Part shown: in pieces, positions 6,663-14,085 of the stretch | How positions within the stretch are numbered: the first letter of the stretch is position 1 | How the letters are laid out: each line of letters starts with the position of its first letter | Virus record (IMG/VR): IMGVR_UViG_3300010376_000062 | Span: 1 to 43,709 of that record | Reading direction: 5' to 3' (one strand) | Length of the DNA stretch: 43,709 bases | DNA from: a virus | Taxonomy: Duplodnaviria > Caudoviricetes | The notes under the pieces: model-generated | What the model saw: the letters and a program-made list of their open reading frames with translations, nothing else | Told to the model about the DNA's origin: nothing | Database searches by the model: none | Program-made: the position numbers and the translations under genes

Positions 6663-7582
6663 CCGCCGCCTTCCGGCCGATGCTCGCGAAGGCGGGCAAG
6701 CTGCCGGTCGGCGACGACTGGCTATACGAAGTGAAGTGGGACGGCGTCCGCTGCGTCGCGACGATCGACGGCGGCGCGGTGACGATGCAGAGCCGGTCGT
6801 CGCTGACCGACTGGACGCAGCAGTTCCCGGGGATCGCGGCGGCGCTCGCGCGGCTGCCGTTCGATGCCGTGCTCGACGGCGAGATCGTGACGCCGGACGA
6901 GAACGGGTACACGTTCGGGCTCGCCGCGGGCGCCGGGTCGCTCGTCCCGGCGCGGCTGATCGTGTTCGACGTGCTCTCGTGCTTCGGCACGAGCACGAAG
7001 GCGATGCCGCTCTCCGACCGGCGCAAGGTGCTGCAGGTGATCGCGCCGGCGCTCGCTGCCGAAGGGGCGGGCGTGCTCGAGGTGTCGCCGTCGTTCAGCG
7101 ACGGCGAGACGCTGCTCGCCTGGGTCGCCGCCCGTGGGCTGGAAGGGATCGTCGCGAAGCGGAAGTCGTCCCGGTACATCGAGGGGCGGCGCGGCGACGA
7201 GTGGCTGAAGGTGAAGGTCCGGCGGGAGCAGGAGTTCGTCGTCTGCGGCTGGACGCCCGGCAAGAACGGGCGGACGGGGCGGATCGGCGGGCTCGTGCTC
7301 GGGCAGTACGACGAGGACGGAGATCTCGTCTACTGCGGCCGGGCCGGGATGGCCGAGGCGTACGACGGCGCGATGGAGCGGGCGCTGACGCAGCTGGCCG
7401 CTCCGTGCCCGTTCGCAGCGTTCCCGATCCAGGAGCGCGAGGCGACCTGGGTCAAGCCGGAGGTCGTCGTCCAGGTCGCGTACCAGCGCTGGACGGACGA
7501 AGGCCGGTTGCAGCACCCGGTGATGAAGGCGATCCGGGAGGACAAGCACCCGCGCGACGTGACCGTCGCCGGGCGCGAGTGA
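6659..7582 (+). CDS. ATP-dependent DNA ligase (LigD/LigC-type ligase + OB domain only)
   Basis: YEVKWDGVR (adenylated Lys), LDGEIV, VFDVL, EGIVAKR, WLKVK, GRLQHP; ATGA overlap with ku. Confidence 0.92.
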   Translation: MTAAFRPMLAKAGKLPVGDDWLYEVKWDGVRCVATIDGGAVTMQSRSSLTDWTQQFPGIAAALARLPFDAVLDGEIVTPDENGYTFGLAAGAGSLVPARLIVFDVLSCFGTSTKAMPLSDRRKVLQVIAPALAAEGAGVLEVSPSFSDGETLLAWVAARGLEGIVAKRKSSRYIEGRRGDEWLKVKVRREQEFVVCGWTPGKNGRTGRIGGLVLGQYDEDGDLVYCGRAGMAEAYDGAMERALTQLAAPCPFAAFPIQEREATWVKPEVVVQVAYQRWTDEGRLQHPVMKAIREDKHPRDVTVAGRE

Positions 7583-8052
7583 GCTACCGGCCGCCGTCGT
7601 GGCGACGGCTCGACCGCGAAGACGAGGCGCTCGAGCTCGGCGAGGACGCCGCGCGGATCAGCGCCGCGAACGACAGCAGGTTCCCCTGGCTGGCCGACTT
7701 CGAGTGCCGCGTCTGCGGCGAGATCGGCTGCCTGACCGACCACACGAAGGAGCGAACGATGACCGACATGCTGAACGACCTCGCCCCGACGAACGGCGAG
7801 AAGCCGAAGCTGGTGCCCTGCATCGAGTGCGGCGCCGACGCGCCGCGGTTCGGCAAGTACGCGGGCCGCTGCCCCGAGCACCGCGTCAAGGCCGAGCGGC
7901 CGAAGCGCCGCAAGGTGAAGGCGGCGCCCGGCCTGGTGCTCGTGCCGCAGCTGGAGTCGCCGCTCGGGAAGGCGGCGCTCCGCTACGAGCTGGCGAAGGG
8001 CGAGTACGAGGCCGCGAAGGCGGCGCTGCTGGAGCTGCTCGAGATCGACTGA
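7579..8052 (+). CDS. Cys-rich (Zn-binding) hypothetical protein; alternative internal start at 7759
   Basis: GTGA overlap at 7579; CxxC pairs; internal CACACGAAGGAG SD before ATG 7759. Confidence 0.6.
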   Translation: MSYRPPSWRRLDREDEALELGEDAARISAANDSRFPWLADFECRVCGEIGCLTDHTKERTMTDMLNDLAPTNGEKPKLVPCIECGADAPRFGKYAGRCPEHRVKAERPKRRKVKAAPGLVLVPQLESPLGKAALRYELAKGEYEAAKAALLELLEID

Positions 8053-8122
8053 CGTTCCCGCTCTCGCCCGTGACGGGCGGGGGCGGGAGCACCAGCCGGT
8101 GCTCCGATCCGAGTCAAGGAGG
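8050..8122 (+). repeat. Early intergenic hairpin/RBS cassette, copy 4
   Basis: TGACGTTCCCGC-stem-GCGGGAGCACC-AGCC-GGTGCTCC-GATCCGAGTCAAGGAGG. Confidence 0.85.
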
Positions 8123-8127
8123 ACGAG

Positions 8128-8310
8128 ATGCAGGTGAAGTTCGTGTTCGGGAAGGAGACGAAGGGCGCGATCCAGTTCAAGGAGGTGCCCGAGGGTGAGT
8201 TCGGCGTCGAGCGCGTCGGCTCGCTCTACGTGAAGAAGCACGCGCTGCCCGAGCTCGGCGGCGACGCGATCGCGAAGGGCCTCGTCGTGACGATCGAGGT
8301 CGCACCGTGA
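8128..8310 (+). CDS. Small phage hypothetical protein
   Basis: KETKGAIQFKE...VGSLYVKK; strong SD. Confidence 0.7.
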   Translation: MQVKFVFGKETKGAIQFKEVPEGEFGVERVGSLYVKKHALPELGGDAIAKGLVVTIEVAP

Positions 8311-8648
8311 TGCACGAACGCCGCGTCTGGGGCGAGCCGGTCGAGGTGACGCTCGACGAGTTCGCCGACAAGGTGACGCGGTTCACGTGGACGAACTGCA
8401 CAGCCTGGCGGGTCGGCGAGTACGTGTTCGTCAACGACGCGACCGGCGGCGACGGCGGCCAGGAGTACGCGGTGCTTAAGCAGGACCGCGCCGGCGACTG
8501 GTGGCAGGTCGAGTCGTGGACGTGCTCGTGGATGGACGTCGAGGATGTGCGGAAGCACTTCGGGCGGCTGGCCGAGCGGGCGCCGATGCATTGGCGTCGC
8601 GTCGAGCCGAGGTTCGAGAAGCACACGTCCTGCGCGTACTGCGCCTGA
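8307..8648 (+). CDS. Hypothetical protein
   Basis: Start overlaps the upstream stop; Trp-rich; typical codon usage. Confidence 0.65.
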   Translation: MMHERRVWGEPVEVTLDEFADKVTRFTWTNCTAWRVGEYVFVNDATGGDGGQEYAVLKQDRAGDWWQVESWTCSWMDVEDVRKHFGRLAERAPMHWRRVEPRFEKHTSCAYCA

Positions 8649-8667
8649 CGGTGACGAGAGGAGAGTG

Positions 8668-8817
8668 ATGGCCAAGACGAACCGTGAGAAGGCGGCCGAG
8701 CACGCCGAGAAGGCCGAGGGTCTGCTCAAGGGGTCGCAGGTGCTGAAGCTCGCGCATCTGGCGGACGCGCACGCGACGCTCGCTCTGTACTACCGCGACC
8801 TGCCCGATAGCGGATGA
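8668..8817 (+). CDS. Small helical hypothetical protein
   Basis: AGGAG SD, MAKTNREKAAEHAEKA...AHATLAL. Confidence 0.6.
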   Translation: MAKTNREKAAEHAEKAEGLLKGSQVLKLAHLADAHATLALYYRDLPDSG

Positions 8818-8888
8818 CGTTCCCGCTCCTGCCAGTAACGTGGCGGGGGCGGGAGCACCAGCCGGTGTTCCGATCCGAGTCAAGGAGG
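8815..8888 (+). repeat. Early intergenic hairpin/RBS cassette, copy 5
   Basis: TGACGTTCCCGC-stem-GCGGGAGCACC-AGCC-GGTGTTCC-GATCCGAGTCAAGGAGG. Confidence 0.85.
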
Positions 8889-8892
8889 AACG

Positions 8893-10206
8893 ATGAGTGT
8901 GTACGTGGAGGTGCCGATCGGCGACCTGAAGGTCGCCGAGGACAACGTCCGCCAGGACGTCGGCGACGTGAGCGAGCTTGCGGCGTCGGTGAAGGCGGGC
9001 GGCGTGTTGCAGCCGCTGCTGGTGAACGAGGCCGACATGGTCGTCGTCGCCGGCGCCCGCCGGTTGGCGGCGGCGAAGCAGGCGGGGCTGAAGGTCGTGC
9101 CGGTGATGAAGCGGGCGTTCAGCGACCAGGAGCGGCTCGAGACGATGATCGTCGAGAACCTGCAGCGGGAGGACCTGACGCCGCTCGAGGAGGCGAACGC
9201 GCTCAAGCGGCTGGTCGACCTCGGGCTGACGCAGCGGCAGGTCGCCGCCCGGGTCGGCCGCTCGCAGGCGCTCGTCGCGAAGCGGCTCGCGCTGCTGACG
9301 CTCCCGGCGACCGTGCAGCAGGCGGTTGATTCCGGCGGAATCACGCTGCCCGACGCCGTCGAGCTGGCGAAGCTGAAGGACACGCCTGACGTCGTCGAGA
9401 AGCTGGCGGTCAAGGGCAACTCGTACGGGCCGTCGATCAGCTCGAAGGTCGAGGCCGAGCTCGCGAAGCGCGAGAAGGCGAAGAAGCGGCAGGCGGCGCA
9501 CGACGCGCTCGTCAAGAAGGGCGAGAAGGTGCTCGACGCCCCGACCGACGAGTACGGCTACCGCGTGCAGCTGCCCGACGGCGTGCTCGAGGTGCGGAAG
9601 GAGGCGTACACCGCCGCGCAGGTCGAGATGGACCCGAAGGCGCACGCCAAGCTGGAGTGCCACGCGGTCGTCGTCGACCCGCGCGAGCCGCACGGGCCGA
9701 TCGAGGTGTGCACGAACCCGAAGAGCCACCCGTCGCGGGCCGAGAAGATGAAGGCCGCCCGCGAGCGGGAGGCGGCGAAGGCGAAGCGGGCGCAGGAGGC
9801 GTTCGACCGGATGACCGAGCGGCGCCGTGACTACGTCCAGGTGCTGATCAAGGGGCGCGCCGACAAGGACGCGCTGCTCGAGCTGGCGTACCACGCGCTG
9901 TCGTACGGCGAGCGGATGTACTACGGCGCCCAGGAGGACGAGGACGAGATGGCCGTCGAGCTGCTCAGGCTGGAGCCGCCGGCGGACGCGACGCCCGAGG
10001 ATGTCGACTGGAAGCTCGTGCTCGACCAGGAGGCGGCGAAGAGCGTGACGGCGCGGAACCGCGTCATGTTCGCGATCGCCGCGGCGACGTTCGAGATCGC
10101 GCTCAACCGCGACGGCAACTGGGCCGACGAGAAGCCGTGGTTCGAGTGGCTCGTCGGGCGCGGCTACGAGCTGAGCGCGCAGGAGAAGGAGGCGGTCGGC
10201 AAGTGA
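8893..10206 (+). CDS. parB: ParB/RepB/Spo0J family protein (CTPase + HTH)
   Basis: GVLQPLLV, VAGARRLAAA (GxRR), IVENLQREDLTPLEEA, HTH LTQRQVAARVGRSQALV. Confidence 0.9.
   Translation: MSVYVEVPIGDLKVAEDNVRQDVGDVSELAASVKAGGVLQPLLVNEADMVVVAGARRLAAAKQAGLKVVPVMKRAFSDQERLETMIVENLQREDLTPLEEANALKRLVDLGLTQRQVAARVGRSQALVAKRLALLTLPATVQQAVDSGGITLPDAVELAKLKDTPDVVEKLAVKGNSYGPSISSKVEAELAKREKAKKRQAAHDALVKKGEKVLDAPTDEYGYRVQLPDGVLEVRKEAYTAAQVEMDPKAHAKLECHAVVVDPREPHGPIEVCTNPKSHPSRAEKMKAAREREAAKAKRAQEAFDRMTERRRDYVQVLIKGRADKDALLELAYHALSYGERMYYGAQEDEDEMAVELLRLEPPADATPEDVDWKLVLDQEAAKSVTARNRVMFAIAAATFEIALNRDGNWADEKPWFEWLVGRGYELSAQEKEAVGK
9327..9343. promoter_or_regulatory. 17-bp palindrome copy 1 (inside parB)
   Basis: TGATTCC-GGC-GGAATCA. 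Confidence 0.65.
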
Positions 10207-10598
10207 TCGCCGTCTACGTGCCGGCCGGAGAGCCGGACTTCGCGTGGCGTGTCGGGGCGGGTCCCCGGCACGCCCGCTCGATCAAGCCCGGGTCCGGGAT
10301 CGTCGGCCAGTCGGTGCTGGAAGGGCAGATGATCGAGCTGTACTTCGAGGGCAACCTGTACGGCGCCGTGAACCTCGACCGCTTCGCGCAGCGGGTGCGC
10401 CAGGCGGCCGGGCGGATGGAGCAGTCGTACCCGACGATCGCGCGGATGCACGTCAAGCCCGAGGACGTGATCCAGGTCGGCTGGTTCGACGCCGACCAGG
10501 GCGTCGTCGTGGTGATGCCGGGCGGCGACGCGGCACGGATGCTCGCCAGTTGGCTCGACGTCGACGTGAACGAATTGCACAAGGAGTTGATCGCATGA
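10203..10598 (+). CDS. Hypothetical protein
   Basis: GTGA overlap with the parB stop; LYFEGNLYG motif. Confidence 0.65.
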   Translation: MIAVYVPAGEPDFAWRVGAGPRHARSIKPGSGIVGQSVLEGQMIELYFEGNLYGAVNLDRFAQRVRQAAGRMEQSYPTIARMHVKPEDVIQVGWFDADQGVVVVMPGGDAARMLASWLDVDVNELHKELIA

Positions 10599-10819
10599 CG
10601 GCGAGAGAACACGCAGAGAAGGCGAGCGAGCTGCTGGAAGGGATCGAGCGGATGGACGAACGGCTCGCGAAGCTGGACGAGATGGAGCAGCTGCAGATGC
10701 ACGCGACCGGCGGCGGCAGGCGGGCGAACGCGGATCGCGAGTACTCGTGCAGGCTGGCGACCGCGCACGCGCTGACGGCGCAGGCGCTGGTCGCGACGAC
10801 GGACGAGGTGGCGCTGTGA
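10595..10819 (+). CDS. Small helical hypothetical protein
   Basis: AAGGAG SD, ATGA overlap; MTAREHAEKA...AHALTAQAL. Confidence 0.65.
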   Translation: MTAREHAEKASELLEGIERMDERLAKLDEMEQLQMHATGGGRRANADREYSCRLATAHALTAQALVATTDEVAL

Positions 10820-11070
10820 CGCTGATCGAGCATCCGCGTCCGTGCCCCGACTGTGGCGTGCTGCCGGGCTGGACGCATGAGCGGGGCTGCGACGTCGAGC
10901 GCTGCTCGGTCTGCGGGCTGCAGGCGATCGGCTGCGGCCACGACGCCGAGCACGACCCGGCGGCGGCGTTCTGGACCGGGTACTGGCCGGGCGATGAGAC
11001 GGTGCGTCTGCTGCGGTTCGCCGACCAGAACGAGCTCGCCCGCTATCTGGCGGCGGCGCGTCGATCGTGA
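10816..11070 (+). CDS. Cys/His-rich Zn-binding protein
   Basis: CPDCGV...HERGCDVERCSVCG...CGH. Confidence 0.7.
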   Translation: MTLIEHPRPCPDCGVLPGWTHERGCDVERCSVCGLQAIGCGHDAEHDPAAAFWTGYWPGDETVRLLRFADQNELARYLAAARRS

Positions 11071-11294
11071 GCGGCGAGCCGCGCTACCGGCGTCCGTCGC
11101 CGGCGTGGTGCACGGAGACGGCGATCCGGCTGCTGCAGATCGGGTCGCGTGACTTCGACACGCTGGTCGACGGCGAGCGGCTGCTGCCCGGCGGCGACGC
11201 CGAGCTGCTCGTCCGGGCGGCGGCCGCGCTCGACGCGTACGGTCAGCGCATAGAGGCTCATCGTCGCGCGCCGCGTGACGTTGATCGCCTATGA
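11067..11294 (+). CDS. Hypothetical protein
   Basis: GTGA overlap; last ORF before the terminator. Confidence 0.5.
   Translation: MSGEPRYRRPSPAWCTETAIRLLQIGSRDFDTLVDGERLLPGGDAELLVRAAAALDAYGQRIEAHRRAPRDVDRL
11249..11293 (+). promoter_or_regulatory. 45-bp bipartite site, copy 2
   Basis: CATA-GAG-GCTCA N21 TGATC-GCC-TATG. Confidence 0.7.
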
Positions 11295-11346
11295 GAGCCG
11301 TAGACTGATTCGGGCTGCGGTGCGTCGCCCAGTCGCCGTGCACGAT

Positions 11347-11377
11347 GGCCCCGCCTTCGGGCGGGGCCGCTTTTTTT
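11347..11377 (+). terminator. Intrinsic terminator ending the early operon
   Basis: GGCCCCGCC-TTCG-GGCGGGGCC followed by GC-TTTTTTT. Confidence 0.9.
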
Positions 11378-11412
11378 GTGTCGCGGGCCGGGCGGGCAGG
11401 CAGAATCGGGCC

Positions 11413-11553
11413 ATGCCGTACGTGGTGAGGAAGCGCGGCAGCAAGTGGGCGATCGTGAACGCGAACACGGGCAGGGTCGCCGGGACGTCGTCGACGCGGG
11501 CGAACGCCGAGGCGTCGGCGCGGATCAGAAACGCCGCTCACAAGAAGCCGTAG
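11413..11553 (+). CDS. Small basic protein (leaderless candidate)
   Basis: MPYVVRKRGSKWAIVNANTGRV...; CAGAAT lies 6 nt before the ATG. Confidence 0.65.
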   Translation: MPYVVRKRGSKWAIVNANTGRVAGTSSTRANAEASARIRNAAHKKP

Positions 11554-11567
11554 AGGGGGCGCGTATT

Positions 11568-11999
11568 TTGGGCGCTCTGCAGGCGTGTCGTGTCCCGGGC
11601 TGTCCAAACGCCGCGCTCAGGGAGGCGACCTGGTGTAAGGCGCATACGCCGGGTCGCAGGGATGGCGTGCTCAGGAAGGTGCGGTTGCAGGTGCTGCGTC
11701 GTGACGGGTGGCGTTGTGTGCGTTGTGGGCAGTTGGCTACAGAGGTCGATCATCTGAAGCCTGCTGTGTTGGGCGGGCGGCTGGTGGTGAGTGCTGATGA
11801 GCTGGTTGCTGTGTGTGCTCGCTGCAATGTCAGAGGACAGTCGCAGTCGATCGAGTCGTCGCGTGCGAGTCGTGTGAGCCGCGTGATGAAAGGCCCGGCG
11901 CCCCCTGCGAGGAGTTCGCTCACCCACCTTCGCCTTTCCGGGAAAAAAACTCCGAAAAACGCGGTTTCGATGACACTCCGGGAATCCAGGGAGCGCTAG
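11568..11999 (+). CDS. HNH endonuclease (terminase-associated)
   Basis: VLRRDGWRCVRCG...EVDH...GG...LVAVCARCN, N-terminal CxxPGC..C..H; start (TTG) uncertain. Confidence 0.8.
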   Translation: MGALQACRVPGCPNAALREATWCKAHTPGRRDGVLRKVRLQVLRRDGWRCVRCGQLATEVDHLKPAVLGGRLVVSADELVAVCARCNVRGQSQSIESSRASRVSRVMKGPAPPARSSLTHLRLSGKKTPKNAVSMTLRESRER

Positions 12000-12003
12000 G
12001 CGG

Positions 12004-12486
12004 GTGCGCTGCGTCGCCACGACCGCCAAGGGCGCGCCCTGCAGGCAGTCGGCGATGGCCGGGACCGACCTGTGCGTGTCGCACCTGGGCCGGACCGGGC
12101 GGAAGACGAAGCTGACGCTGGAGCTGACCGAGCAGCTCGTCTCGATGCTGCGGGCCGGGGTGCCGGCGGCGACCGCCTGTGCACGGCTGAGCGTCTCGAA
12201 GTCGGCGTACCACGAGTGGCTGGCGGCGGACGACCCGCTCCACGCACGCTTCGCCGAACGCGTCCGGGAAGCGCAAGCGACCGGCGAGGCGCTGCTCGTG
12301 ACGCGGATCGCGGCGGCGTCGACCGAGAACTGGCAGGCGGCGGCCTGGCTGCTCGAGCGGACGGTGCCGGAGCGCTACGCGCGCCTGTCGCAGCGGGCGC
12401 TGGCGCCGGAGCAGGAGAAGCCCGACGACCCGTTCGCGGAGTTCGTGACCGATGAGCTCGCAGAGCGCCGCGGTCGACCGGCTTGA
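12004..12486 (+). CDS. terS: Terminase small subunit
   Basis: RCxAxTxxGxPC N-terminus, GRKTKLT-HTH, WQAAAWLLER; immediately before terL. Confidence 0.75.
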   Translation: MRCVATTAKGAPCRQSAMAGTDLCVSHLGRTGRKTKLTLELTEQLVSMLRAGVPAATACARLSVSKSAYHEWLAADDPLHARFAERVREAQATGEALLVTRIAAASTENWQAAAWLLERTVPERYARLSQRALAPEQEKPDDPFAEFVTDELAERRGRPA

Positions 12487-13894
12487 GAAGTTCGCGGGCT
12501 TCTGCTCGCTGCTCCGCCTGGAGAACGGTGATCCGTTCGAGCTTGAGGGTTTCCAGTGGCGGCTGCTGTTCGACTACTTCGCCGGCGTCGTCGAGACACT
12601 GGTCCTGCTCAGCAAGAAGAACGGCAAGACGACCCTGCTGAGCGCCCTGGCGCTGCACCACCTGATGACGACGACCGACGCCGAGTGCGTGATCGGCGCG
12701 GCCTCGCGCGACCAGGCCGGGATCCTGTTCGGGCAGGCGCAGGGGTTCGTCCGCCGCTCGCCCGGGCTGGCCGGGCACGTCGACCCGAAGCCGGGCTACC
12801 GGGAGATCCGCTCGAAGGCGAACGCCGGGAAGATCCGGGTGCTGGCCGCCGACGTCGACACGGCCGACGGGGTGATCCCGACGCTGGCGCTCGTCGACGA
12901 GCTGCACCGCCACCGCGACGCGGGCCTGTACGGCGTCTTCCGCGACGGGCTCGGCCCGCGCGACGGGCAGATGATCACGATCTCGACCGCGGGCGACAAC
13001 GAGGGGTCGGCGCTCGGGGTGCTGCGCGCGACCGCCCGCCACCTGCCGCACGTCGTCACGCAGCTCGACGGCCGCTACCTGTACGCGCGGACGGCCGACG
13101 ACTCGTTCGCGATGCACGAGTGGTCGCTGAAGGACGACGACGACGTCGACGACATGGAGCTCGTCAAGCTCGTGAACCCGCTCTCGGCGCAGACGGTGAA
13201 GAAGCTGCGGCGGCGGCACGACAGCCCGTCGATGTTGCCCTGGCAGTGGCTGCGCTTCGCCTGCGGCGTCTGGGCGGCCGGCGAGGCCTGGTGGATGATC
13301 CCGGACGTCTGGCGCGACAACGAGTCGCCCGAGGAGCTGAAGCCCGGCGACCGGATCGCGCTCGGCTTCGACGGGTCACGCTACGGCGACGCGACCGCCC
13401 TGGTCGGCTGCCGCCTCGAGGACGGCCTGGTCGAGCTGCTGAACGTCTGGGAGTGCCCGACGACGCCGCCGCCGGCGAACTGGGAGGTCCCAGCCGGCGA
13501 GGTCGACAAGGCGGTCGCGACGGCGATGGACCGCTTCAAGGTCGTCCGCGGCTACTTCGACCCGCCGCTCTGGCAGTCGGAGATCGACGGCTGGGCGATG
13601 GAGTTCGGCGAGACGGCCGTGATGCGCTTCTGGACGGCGCGGGCGCGGATGATGGCGGCGGTCGAGCGCTTCCGCACCGACAACGTCGCAGGGGCGGTGC
13701 CGCACGTCCCGAACGTCGTGTTGGACAAGCACGTGCTCAACGCGCAAGCTAAGGAGGTCCGTGGGGGGTACTGGCTGACCCGCAGAAGCGAACGCGAGAA
13801 GATCGACGCCGCCGTCGCGACGGTGCTCGCCTACGAGGCGCGCTGCGACGCGATCCAGAACGACGAGCGGCCGAGCAGGTACGCCTTCCTGTGA
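12452..13894 (+). CDS. terL: Terminase large subunit
   Basis: KKNGKT Walker A, LVDELH Walker B, ISTAG motif III, LGFDGS...DATAL nuclease, KIDAAVA. Confidence 0.95.
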   Translation: MSSQSAAVDRLEKFAGFCSLLRLENGDPFELEGFQWRLLFDYFAGVVETLVLLSKKNGKTTLLSALALHHLMTTTDAECVIGAASRDQAGILFGQAQGFVRRSPGLAGHVDPKPGYREIRSKANAGKIRVLAADVDTADGVIPTLALVDELHRHRDAGLYGVFRDGLGPRDGQMITISTAGDNEGSALGVLRATARHLPHVVTQLDGRYLYARTADDSFAMHEWSLKDDDDVDDMELVKLVNPLSAQTVKKLRRRHDSPSMLPWQWLRFACGVWAAGEAWWMIPDVWRDNESPEELKPGDRIALGFDGSRYGDATALVGCRLEDGLVELLNVWECPTTPPPANWEVPAGEVDKAVATAMDRFKVVRGYFDPPLWQSEIDGWAMEFGETAVMRFWTARARMMAAVERFRTDNVAGAVPHVPNVVLDKHVLNAQAKEVRGGYWLTRRSEREKIDAAVATVLAYEARCDAIQNDERPSRYAFL

Positions 13895-13953
13895 CTGAGT
13901 CAGTGAAGACGCCTCTGAAAGCCTGGATCCAGCGAATCCGGAGGGAGCAGCAG

Positions 13954-14085
13954 ATGACGGACGAGACGACGGAGCCGACGGAGCCGACCGAGCCGACCGA
14001 ACCGACCGAACCGACCGAGCCGACCGAGGACGAGACGACCGACGATGACGATGAGGGCGAGGGGTCGCCGGACGACACGGCCTGA
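13954..14085 (+). CDS. Small acidic protein with (PTE)n tandem repeat
   Basis: GGAG SD, MTDETTEPTEPTEP...; alternative start GTG 13891. Confidence 0.55.
   Translation: MTDETTEPTEPTEPTEPTEPTEPTEDETTDDDDEGEGSPDDTA

Noticed and set aside
2921-8888. Intergenic repeats as a CRISPR array or integron attC cassettes
   Set aside because: Separated by whole genes, variable in sequence, no cas genes; they lack the RYYYAAC...GTTRRRY ends and the integrase is not recognisably IntI-like.
11971-11987. Fifth copy of the 17-bp palindrome (TGACACT-CCG-GGAATCC)
   Set aside because: Left arm has three mismatches; too degenerate to claim.
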